Shown: positions 9,451 through 17,187 of the stretch, piece by piece | Position numbering within the stretch: position 1 is the first letter of the stretch | How the letters are laid out: the number at the start of each line of letters is the position of its first letter | DNA from: Blastocatellia bacterium | Lineage (GTDB): Bacteria; Acidobacteriota; Blastocatellia; RBC074 | Assembly (NCBI GenBank): GCA_046331565.1 | Contig: JAXLQP010000002.1 | Location: forward strand, 648,107-712,106 | Length of the DNA: 64,000 nucleotides | Direction of reading: 5' to 3' | Program-made: the position numbers and the translations under genes | The notes under the pieces: generated by a model | Seen by the model: the letters and a program-made list of their open reading frames with translations, nothing else | Database searches by the model: none | What the model was told of the DNA's origin: nothing

Positions 9451-9697
9451 TTGTCCGCGGAGCGGGCGACAGAAAAATCATTTCCACCGCAAAGAGACAA
9501 AGAGCACAAAGAGAGCCTGAAACCTTCTTTGCTTCTTTGTCTCTTTGCGGTGGAAATGATTTCACTGACCGATGCATTGAATGATCCTCATAACACTGTC
9601 ATCCGCTTCGCGGATTGTGACGATTCATCGGTACGGTTCCCCGGATTCCGCTGGCGCTTCATCCGGGGCTTTATTCTGTCGCCCGCTCCGCGGACAA
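9451..9697. mobile_element. MITE-like element of about 247 bp. It is bounded by perfect 24-bp terminal inverted repeats and contains a long internal palindrome of the 'caaagagacaaag' family.
   Basis: The left repeat ttgtccgcggagcgggcgacagaa (9451-9474) is the exact reverse complement of the right repeat ttctgtcgcccgctccgcggacaa (9674-9697). The internal hairpin is at about 9473-9564. There is no ORF. Confidence 0.5.
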
Positions 9698-9754
9698 AGA
9701 AGCCAGGGCGTCAACAGGTGTTGTCTGCTGTCAGACTGTCGGACACTCAGCCGA

Positions 9755-11023
9755 TCAGTTCTTCGGCTTTCTGGGTTGCAGGGTCGGACGTTTGCCTTTC
9801 TTTGTTTCAGGCGTTTGCGGGCCGCCTTTGGCGCGATAACCCTGCCTTGCGCGAACGATCAGGTCAGGCTGATCCACGCGGACTTTGATGCTGCGGTATG
9901 AACCATCCTCGGCGGTGTTGGACGGATAATAACTGAGCAGGTACTGATGCCGCAGCTCTTCGGCAATGCGGGCAAAGGCTCTGTCCACGTCTGAAAGCGT
10001 ATCGGCATTGTGCATGCGCCCGCCGCTCGCATCGGCCAGTTTTTTCAGGTATACGCCGCCGTAACGATACTCTTCGTTGCCGCTGCCAATGGTCGGCGTT
10101 CTGGCGCCCGGCCAGCCGGGAATCTGAATGCCTCCGGTCGTGCCGCCGCGCCCGCCGTAATACGGATTGTTGTCCTCAGTCTCGTATTTGATCGGATAGA
10201 CCACGACGTTCGCCTCTTCGACCAGACGCACGGAACCCTGCGCGGTGTCCCGGCTCGCCGTGTCCACGCCGTCCGTGAACAGCACAATCGCCTTGCGGCC
10301 TTCGATCTGATTCAACTGTTCAGTGATGGAAACATCAACGGCATCATAAAGCCGCGTGCTGCCGCCGGTTTTAGTCTGCCTGATCGCACGACGCATCACT
10401 TCGCGGTCGCCGGTGAATTCGCATTCCAGATGCACCGCACTGTCGAAGGAAACGACCATCACGCGGTCTTCAGGCTGCAACTGTTCGATGAATTTGATGG
10501 CCGCGCCCTGAATGTCTTCGAGCCGGAAGCGCGTGCTGCCTGAAGTGTCGAGCAGCAGCGCGACGTGAAACGGCGTGTTGACGGCGCGAAATTCAACGAT
10601 CTCCTGCTCGATGCCGTTTTCGTAAATGTGAAATTCCTTCGGCTTGAGAAAAGGCACGTACCGGCCCGACTGATCAATCACTGAAACGGGAATCGAAACC
10701 AGCGTAGTTTCAACCTTGAAAGTTCCCTCATCACCGCTGGCCGCTGGCGGCGTGGTGGCAGCGGGCGCAGTGGTTCCGGCTGATTTCGCCGACGACGGCG
10801 ATTCGGTCTTTGCTGTTGATTTTGTTTCAGTCGCGCTCGGCAGTCTCAGTTCAGACGGCTCCGGCGCGGGCTTTTTGTCTTTTGATTCAGCGCCCGGCGC
10901 GGGCCGCTGCGGTTTGCGTCCCGATTGTGCGCTGACTTCAGGAATGGACTGAATAATCAGAACAGTGATGCTGACGACGAGGAAGAGCGATACTGCCAAA
11001 CGCGCGAATCTGAAGCTGGTCAT
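9755..11023 (-). CDS. VWA domain-containing protein with a signal/TM N-terminus and a Pro/Ala-rich linker.
   Basis: A MIDAS-type motif LLLDTSGST is present, and the domain has the VWA fold (VVSFDS...). There is an N-terminal hydrophobic helix, followed by a low-complexity PAPGAESKDKKPAPEPS region. Confidence 0.75.
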   Translation of the reverse strand: MTSFRFARLAVSLFLVVSITVLIIQSIPEVSAQSGRKPQRPAPGAESKDKKPAPEPSELRLPSATETKSTAKTESPSSAKSAGTTAPAATTPPAASGDEGTFKVETTLVSIPVSVIDQSGRYVPFLKPKEFHIYENGIEQEIVEFRAVNTPFHVALLLDTSGSTRFRLEDIQGAAIKFIEQLQPEDRVMVVSFDSAVHLECEFTGDREVMRRAIRQTKTGGSTRLYDAVDVSITEQLNQIEGRKAIVLFTDGVDTASRDTAQGSVRLVEEANVVVYPIKYETEDNNPYYGGRGGTTGGIQIPGWPGARTPTIGSGNEEYRYGGVYLKKLADASGGRMHNADTLSDVDRAFARIAEELRHQYLLSYYPSNTAEDGSYRSIKVRVDQPDLIVRARQGYRAKGGPQTPETKKGKRPTLQPRKPKN

Positions 11024-11049
11024 CGGCGTTTCCTCCTTTGCCTTGCGGC

Positions 11050-11985
11050 TTATTTTCCGGCCACGACCCGCGTGGCGAACTCATCGCGTTCGGGATGCGG
11101 CTGCGGCTCCTCGCTGACCCACGAGCGGGGCAGAATTTCGCGGGCCGAAAGATTCGCGCCGAGCAGCAGAATGAACGCTGAAATAAAAATCCAGGTGATG
11201 ATCGTGACGACGGCAGAGAGGTTATCGTAACGCGAACGAAAGTTGAGCATCGGCAGCAGCAGCCGGTAAGCCAGCGTCATCAGCACCCACAGCATCGCCA
11301 TCGCCGCCGATGAAAAGAAGACCCGCTTGACCGAGACTTTGCCGTTCGGCAGCCAGTAATAGATCAGAAAAAAGATGAGCGTCGTACACGGCACGGCAAA
11401 CAGCCCGCTCGTTGAATTGAAAATGAACCGCTGCATCTTCACAAAAGGCACCAGCCCCGTGAGCGTCTGATCCCAGATGCTCGCCAGCATTACGAAGCCC
11501 AGAATCACCGCCGCGCAGATGACCACGAGCGGCATGTAAATCAGATATTGTTTGATCGTGCTGCGCGTTTGCCTGAATCCCCACGCCCGGTTCAGCGCCA
11601 GTTCGAGCGGCAGAAAGACGCCCGTGCTGGTGAAGATCAGCGCGAAGATCGAATAGACGCTCGCGCCCTTGTGCAGGCCGCGCGTGACGTTATCGAGCGC
11701 GACAAACATCGGCTGCGCTTCACCGGGCGCAATCGCCATCATTAACCGGTAAATCGTCACGTAACCTTCGTGCCAGCCGACCTGATTTTCGAGCACATTG
11801 CCAATCAGCACGAGAAACGCAAAGAACGAGAGCAGCGCATTGAAGGCAATGGCCGAGGCGTAAACCCACGCCTCGCCCGTGCTGAGGTCATAGATTGCGG
11901 GCCACATGCGTTTGAAAAACAGCCAGATGCCGCGCAGGTAATAGAACCTTCCGCTTTCGGTGTGCAGCGTTTCAGCGTTCTGCAT
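11050..11985 (-). CDS. YihY/BrkB family membrane protein.
   Basis: It has the typical N-terminus (FYYLRGIWLFFKRMWPAIYDLSTGEAWVYASAIAFNALLSFFAFLVL) and multiple TM helices. Confidence 0.8.
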   Translation of the reverse strand: MQNAETLHTESGRFYYLRGIWLFFKRMWPAIYDLSTGEAWVYASAIAFNALLSFFAFLVLIGNVLENQVGWHEGYVTIYRLMMAIAPGEAQPMFVALDNVTRGLHKGASVYSIFALIFTSTGVFLPLELALNRAWGFRQTRSTIKQYLIYMPLVVICAAVILGFVMLASIWDQTLTGLVPFVKMQRFIFNSTSGLFAVPCTTLIFFLIYYWLPNGKVSVKRVFFSSAAMAMLWVLMTLAYRLLLPMLNFRSRYDNLSAVVTIITWIFISAFILLLGANLSAREILPRSWVSEEPQPHPERDEFATRVVAGK

Positions 11986-12026
11986 GGGTGTGTTTCCGGT
12001 GATGATCGGGAATGGCGGCAGACAGT

Positions 12027-12290
12027 TCAGCCGTCGGCATTGAGAGTCTGATTCAGTTCGGCGAGTTGCCTGTCAATTTCAGCGAGCGATTCAGCCAGCC
12101 GCTGCCGGTGGGCGTCGGAGCGGGCGCGCGACATTTGTTCATTAAGCTGGCTGCGGGTCAGGCGCAGCGTTTCGCGCCGCTGCCGCAGGGCAATTTCCTC
12201 AGGTGAAAGAGCCGTCGGCCTGCCGGTCTGAGCGCGCCGCGCTTCTTCCATCTGATCTTCGACTGCCTTGCTTTCCCAGCCTCGCGCCAT
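12027..12290 (-). CDS. Small coiled-coil hypothetical protein (87 aa from the internal Met).
   Basis: The sequence MARGWESKAVEDQMEEARRAQ...LAEIDRQLAELNQTLNADG has heptad-like character. Its start lies 4 nt downstream of the TPR gene's stop. The longer track ORF 12027..12452 overlaps that TPR gene. Confidence 0.4.
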   Translation of the reverse strand: MARGWESKAVEDQMEEARRAQTGRPTALSPEEIALRQRRETLRLTRSQLNEQMSRARSDAHRQRLAESLAEIDRQLAELNQTLNADG

Positions 12291-12294
12291 CCGC

Positions 12295-13179
12295 TTACTT
12301 CTTCCCTTTGCGCGCCAGTTCGGTTTCTGCCGCAATGAAGCCAAACGCAGGCCAGTAGCGGCCCGCCACGATTTTGCGAAAATATTCCTCAGCCCGCGCC
12401 GGATTGCCGTTGTACAAATGCCAGTTGCCCAGGCCGTACCCGATGGTCGCAATTTCCAGATCAGTGGCCTTTTCCAGATTGACCAGTTCGGCTTCGGTTT
12501 TCAGCCCCTTGTAAAACAGCAGCCGGTCAAAGTAGGACTTGTTTTCGACCACCTTCATGTCAGGCGTGATGCGATCCAGCACCTGTTTCGCCTCAGCCTC
12601 CTTTTTCATGCGGCGATACGTCATATAGAGCCAGTCTGAAACGGCGATGATCGAATCGTCCTTCGCATTCTTTTCAGCTACAGCCAGGCAGCGCTTGTAA
12701 GCTTCAGCCGCGCTGGCAAATTCGCCTTTCAGGTAATAAGCCAGGCCGAGGTGATACCAGATGTCGAAATCCTGATCGTTGAGCTGAACGGCTTTTTTCA
12801 GGTCTTTGATCGCCTCGCCGAACTCGCGGATTGAGATGTAACGATGACCGCGATGGCGATAAAGCTGGGCGTTGTCAGGCGCAATTCTGAGCGCGCGCGA
12901 ATAAGTGCCAATCGCGTCGTGATAGCGCCACAGATTCGCCTGCGCCCTGCCGAGCGCGATCAGCAGTTCGACGTTTTTCGGCTCATTCATGACCTTGATT
13001 TCGGCAGCCTTGATCTCATTGTTCGGGTCAGCCTGAGCATAATGCCTGGCACCAAGCGGAGAGACGAGTTCCATCTTCCCTTCGGTCGCCGGAGTCTGAG
13101 CCGTCCCTGAAAGTGCTGCGAACAGCAGGGCAAGTAATAAAACTGCTGCCGGTTGAAGCGATGGGTGCAGAGTTTTCAT
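12295..13179 (-). CDS. Secreted tetratricopeptide-repeat protein.
   Basis: There is a signal peptide ([28 protein letters not shown]). TPR-like repeats follow ([40 protein letters not shown]..., [22 protein letters not shown]). Confidence 0.75.
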   Translation of the reverse strand: MKTLHPSLQPAAVLLLALLFAALSGTAQTPATEGKMELVSPLGARHYAQADPNNEIKAAEIKVMNEPKNVELLIALGRAQANLWRYHDAIGTYSRALRIAPDNAQLYRHRGHRYISIREFGEAIKDLKKAVQLNDQDFDIWYHLGLAYYLKGEFASAAEAYKRCLAVAEKNAKDDSIIAVSDWLYMTYRRMKKEAEAKQVLDRITPDMKVVENKSYFDRLLFYKGLKTEAELVNLEKATDLEIATIGYGLGNWHLYNGNPARAEEYFRKIVAGRYWPAFGFIAAETELARKGKK

Positions 13180-13212
13180 GGCCAGTCAGTGGTTCGGATG
13201 TTTGATGGCGAA

Positions 13213-13650
13213 TCAGTGCAGCGCGCAACCCGCAAAGCCGGGAATCCGGTCGCCGCTGCGCAGCAGACTCGGCATCGGCAGCCAGCCTTCAGCAAGTCGC
13301 GCCTGCAACAGTTCCTGCGCCTCCGGGTGATGATCCCACACGGCAACTGCCGTGATCGTGCCGTGTCAGGTCGCGCCATAAACCAGCGTCAGCCCGTCGC
13401 GCCAGGGCAGCAGCAGATCGCGCGTGTATTCATCCTGCGCGACGACAGCCGCGACCGCGAGCGGCGGCGATTGCACGGCAGCCCACTGCACAAGTTCAAG
13501 CAGCGTGCCGTGCGCGGGCAGTTCGCTTTCAATCACAGCCAGCGTTTCAGCCGATAACCCGGCGCGATTAATGATTCGCATACGGCCAGTGTAGGCCTCA
13601 CCGCAGACAGCGTCAAACTTCCTTTGTTTCGCTGCCGCCTTTGTGGTCAA
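13213..13650 (-). pseudogene. Small ORF interrupted by an in-frame TGA at 13366-13368. It could be a pseudogene, a sequencing error, or a Sec/readthrough codon.
   Basis: ORF 13366..13650 ends ...LTLVYGAT with TGA. The same frame then continues for 50 more protein-like residues (HGTITAVAVWDHHPEAQELLQARLAEGWLPMPSLLRSGDRIPGFAGCALH). A 7-bp-stem hairpin (cacggca-gt-tgccgtg) lies in the 30 nt downstream of the TGA. Confidence 0.35.
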
Positions 13651-15783
13651 CTATCGCCGCCCATGCGAAGAGAATCATTACCAGTCAAATCGTCACGTTC
13701 AGGATTGCGGCGCGCGCTCGTCGTTGCGCTGCTGCTTATCATTGCGGCGGGCATTTTCATCAGGCTGTGGATGCTGCCGCCGAAGCCTTTCACTTCAGTT
13801 GTCACCCTGGCCGGTGTCGGGCCGAAGATCAGATCCGATCAGTTGTCTGACCCGTTCGGCGTGGCCGTTGATCGTGAGGGCAACGCCTTTGTCAGCGACG
13901 GCAAAGCCGGGCGGATTTATCGCGTCAGCAGCAACGCCGTTGCAGTCATCGCTGAGCAGCTTGAAATGCCTTCAGCCCTGACGGTCACCCCTGACGGCTC
14001 GCTGATGGTGGCGAACACCGGCGCACAAACCATCGTGCGCATTGATTCGAAAACACACGCGGTCACAGTCGTTGCCGGGCAGGCCGGAGCGAGTGGCAAT
14101 GCCGACGGCGCAGCCAACAGTGCGCGCTTCAACGGGCCGACTGGTGTTGCGGTCGGCAAAGACGGCGCAATCTTTGTCGCGGACACTTATAACGACCGCA
14201 TTCGTGTGATTAAGGACGGGCAGGTAAAAACGCTCGCGGGCAGTGAACAGGGCTTCAGCGATGGCCGGGGCGCGGCGGCGCGCTTCGATACGCCGTGCGG
14301 AATTGCGGTGGCCGCCGATGGTTCGCTGCTGGTGGCCGACACGGGCAATCACCGCATTCGCCGCGTCACAATTAATGGCGAAGTCACGACCATTGCCGGA
14401 ACAGGCGAAGCCACCGAACGCGACGGCGCGCCGATGCAGGCGGCCTTTGCCGAACCGACAGCAATAGCGATCCGCGACGCGAATTCATTTTATGTCGCTG
14501 ACGCTGCTGGTAACGCCGTTCGGCTTTGCACGCTCGACAATCAGCCGGAAGAGCCTGCGGCAGTGACGACGCTCGCGGGCGGCTGGCCGCTCGGTCTGCA
14601 TGATGGCGCGCTCAGCGGTGCAAAACTCAATCGCCCGACCGGACTGGCCGTAATTCCGGGTCGCCGCGATCACGCGCTCGTGTTTGCCGACAGCGGCAAC
14701 GGGCTGGTGCGCGCTTTCGTGACTGACGGTTTGAAGATCGGGCATCAGGCAAAACCGGAAACTGCGCTGATTACTGCCGCAGAGATTCGCGCTGCCGTGC
14801 CGCCGCGCTGGCCTTACAACCCGCCTGAAGCAAGGCGCGAAATCGCAGGCACGTTTGGCGAAGTGCGTGGTGAACGCGCGCCCGAACACGACGCCTGGTT
14901 TCACAACGGGCTGGACATTCCCGGCGGTTACGGCGAAACCGTGCGCGCGATTTTCAGCGAGCGCGTTTCGCGGCCCATCTCCGTCGAAGGCACAGGCGGC
15001 CCGCGCGAGCGCATCCGGCTGCCGCTGCTCGGTTACATTCACCTGCGCATCGGACGCGATCAGAATGACAAACCATTCGGCATTGACGGCATCACTTTCA
15101 GCCGCGATGAAAAAGGCAATGTCATCGCCGTGCGCGTGCGGCGCGGCACACGCATCAACGCCGGAGACGCCATCGGCACACTCAACCGCCTCAATCATGT
15201 TCATCTGATCGCCGGGCCGACCGCAGGCGAAGTCAACGCGCTCGCCGCGCTCGAACTGCCAGGCATCACCGACACGATTGCGCCGGTCATCGAAAGCGTC
15301 ACGCTGCTGAATGAACAATGGCAGCCGTTGGAAGATAATTCGACAGCCCGCACTCCGCACTCCGCATTCAGCACTCCGCATTTGAATGGCCGCGTCCGCA
15401 TCGTTGTGCGCGCTTACGATCAGGCCGATGGCAACGCGGGTTATCGCCGTCTTGGCCTTTACCGGCTCAGCTACGCGGTGCTGAAAGCTGACGGATCGCC
15501 CGCGCCCGGTTTTGACAAGTCGCGTGAAAACATCGTCTTTGAAAAACTGCCCGTTGATCCGGGGGCGGTGCCGCTCGCTTACGCTGAAGGCAGTCAGTCG
15601 GGTTACAGCGGGCAGACGATCTTTGCTTACATCGCTACGAATGTGGTGCGCGACGGCGCAGCACGCGAGGATTTTCTGGACACCGCAGGACTGCCGCCCG
15701 GTGATTACATCGTGCGCGTCACAGCGGGAGATTTTTTCGGTAACACAACGCGGCGCGATGTGCCGGTCATAATCAACAAATGA
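13624..15783 (+). CDS. Membrane-anchored NHL-repeat beta-propeller protein fused to an M23 (LytM-type) peptidase domain and a C-terminal domain.
   Basis: There is a TM helix near the N-terminus. NHL repeats follow (GVAVDREGNAFVSD, GVAVGKDGAIFVADTYNDRIRVI, GIAVAADGSLLVADTGNHRIRRV). M23 motifs are present: HNGLDI (HxxxD) and NHVHLIAG (HxH). The track start is TTG; a likelier start is the Met at 13663. Confidence 0.7.
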   Translation: MFRCRLCGQLSPPMRRESLPVKSSRSGLRRALVVALLLIIAAGIFIRLWMLPPKPFTSVVTLAGVGPKIRSDQLSDPFGVAVDREGNAFVSDGKAGRIYRVSSNAVAVIAEQLEMPSALTVTPDGSLMVANTGAQTIVRIDSKTHAVTVVAGQAGASGNADGAANSARFNGPTGVAVGKDGAIFVADTYNDRIRVIKDGQVKTLAGSEQGFSDGRGAAARFDTPCGIAVAADGSLLVADTGNHRIRRVTINGEVTTIAGTGEATERDGAPMQAAFAEPTAIAIRDANSFYVADAAGNAVRLCTLDNQPEEPAAVTTLAGGWPLGLHDGALSGAKLNRPTGLAVIPGRRDHALVFADSGNGLVRAFVTDGLKIGHQAKPETALITAAEIRAAVPPRWPYNPPEARREIAGTFGEVRGERAPEHDAWFHNGLDIPGGYGETVRAIFSERVSRPISVEGTGGPRERIRLPLLGYIHLRIGRDQNDKPFGIDGITFSRDEKGNVIAVRVRRGTRINAGDAIGTLNRLNHVHLIAGPTAGEVNALAALELPGITDTIAPVIESVTLLNEQWQPLEDNSTARTPHSAFSTPHLNGRVRIVVRAYDQADGNAGYRRLGLYRLSYAVLKADGSPAPGFDKSRENIVFEKLPVDPGAVPLAYAEGSQSGYSGQTIFAYIATNVVRDGAAREDFLDTAGLPPGDYIVRVTAGDFFGNTTRRDVPVIINK

Positions 15784-15913
15784 TCTCAGGGAAAGCTTAT
15801 CCACGAAGCCCGCGCGTTGCAGCACGAAGAAGAGAAGAGAAAAACCTGACTCGCTTCGTGAAGCTTCGTGCGGCTTCGTGGAGGGAGTTCCTTGAGGAGG
15901 AGAGATAAAACGA

Positions 15914-16567
15914 ATGCTGAGTCGTCTGCTGATGAAAAACAAAGTCTGGGCTGAACGGATGCAGTCCGAAGACCCGAAGCTGTTTGAGAAACTGTCACAG
16001 TACCAGGCGCCGGAATACCTGTGGATCGGCTGCGCTGACAGTCGCGTGCCGGCAACACAACTGGTTGACCTGTCGCCCGGTGAAATGTTCGTTCACCGCA
16101 ACGTCGCCAATCTGGTTGTGCATACTGATCTGAACTGCCTGTCGGTGATGCAGTATGCGATTGACGTATTGCAGGTCAGACACATCATCGTCTGCGGCCA
16201 TTACGGCTGCGGCGGCGTCAACGCGGCGCTCAACAATCTGAAGTTCGGCCTGATTGACAACTGGCTGCGCCACGTCCGCGACGTGCTGGAAAAATACGAA
16301 GCCGAAATCAGCAATCTGCCTGACGACGCGCAGCGGCTCGACAGACTGTGTGAACTGAACGTCATCGAACAAACCATCAACGCCTGCCAGACAACAGTCG
16401 TGCAATCAGCCTGGGAGCGCGGGCAGGCGCTCGCCGTTCACGGCTGGATTTACGGCGTCGGTGACGGACTGCTGCGCGAAATCGGCATCACACTTACCAG
16501 TCAGCAGGAACTTGATGAAGCCATGCGCAAAGCCAATGCCGCGTCGTCAAGGCGGCGTTTGAACTGA
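15914..16567 (+). CDS. can: Beta-class carbonic anhydrase.
   Basis: The zinc-site motifs CADSRVP and HYGCGGV are present. Confidence 0.85.
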   Translation: MLSRLLMKNKVWAERMQSEDPKLFEKLSQYQAPEYLWIGCADSRVPATQLVDLSPGEMFVHRNVANLVVHTDLNCLSVMQYAIDVLQVRHIIVCGHYGCGGVNAALNNLKFGLIDNWLRHVRDVLEKYEAEISNLPDDAQRLDRLCELNVIEQTINACQTTVVQSAWERGQALAVHGWIYGVGDGLLREIGITLTSQQELDEAMRKANAASSRRRLN

Positions 16568-16628
16568 AAGCTTTACACGCCTGCCGGACTTACATAAGCT
16601 GATCGTCAGCCTGGGCTGAAAGAACTGC

Positions 16629-16889
16629 TTGAAAGGAACAGAGACGATGAGTAACACCAATATCGAACCATCCCTGCCGCCGTATGCCGAAGCCGTAATC
16701 ATCTCAGGGCCGCGCAAGGGCGAGTTCATCAATCTGACAGAGAATGACGAGGAACTCTCATCAGAGATGGAAAAAGCCTTTGATATTCTGCTGGCAGATG
16801 CAGATCGCCTGATTGCAACAACAAAGGGTACCAGTGAAAGGATGAACTCACTGCTTCAGTCCTTACGGCGTGTGGAGGAAATCAAATGA
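16629..16889 (+). CDS. Small hypothetical protein, first gene of an apparent three-gene operon that ends with the RecD2-like helicase. Its GC content is lower than the surroundings.
   Basis: There is an RBS-like gaaaggaacagagacgATG at the internal Met (16647). Its stop overlaps the next gene's start as ATGA. Sampled 60-nt stretches are about 43-55% GC against about 62% nearby. Confidence 0.4.
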   Translation: MKGTETMSNTNIEPSLPPYAEAVIISGPRKGEFINLTENDEELSSEMEKAFDILLADADRLIATTKGTSERMNSLLQSLRRVEEIK

Positions 16890-17173
16890 GCGTGCTGGAT
16901 CGTTTGCTGGCCCTCGGAGAACGCCTGCTGACGATTGATGCTGAGATGCGTCGGCAGGGCGAAATCGTGAACGAGATGAAGCAGAAGACTGACCGGCTGA
17001 TTGATCTGATGCAGGATACGCGGGAACGGCTGGCCAGACTGGAAGCGACTCGTGATGCAGACCGTGCGCAACTGGCTGCGGAAGTGGCCAGATTCAGAGC
17101 AGAGTATGAGCGCGCTCAGTTGAAACTCAGCGCGTTGCTTCCCGCTCCGCCTGATTTCTCGTCAGATGAATAA
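16886..17173 (+). CDS. Small coiled-coil hypothetical protein, second gene of the operon.
   Basis: The sequence is MSVLDRLLALGERLLTIDAEMRRQGEIVNEMKQKTDRLIDLMQDTRERLARLEATRDADRAQLAAEVARFRAEYERAQLKL. It ends 15 nt before the helicase gene. Confidence 0.4.
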   Translation: MSVLDRLLALGERLLTIDAEMRRQGEIVNEMKQKTDRLIDLMQDTRERLARLEATRDADRAQLAAEVARFRAEYERAQLKLSALLPAPPDFSSDE

Positions 17174-17187
17174 CAATACGATCTGAC

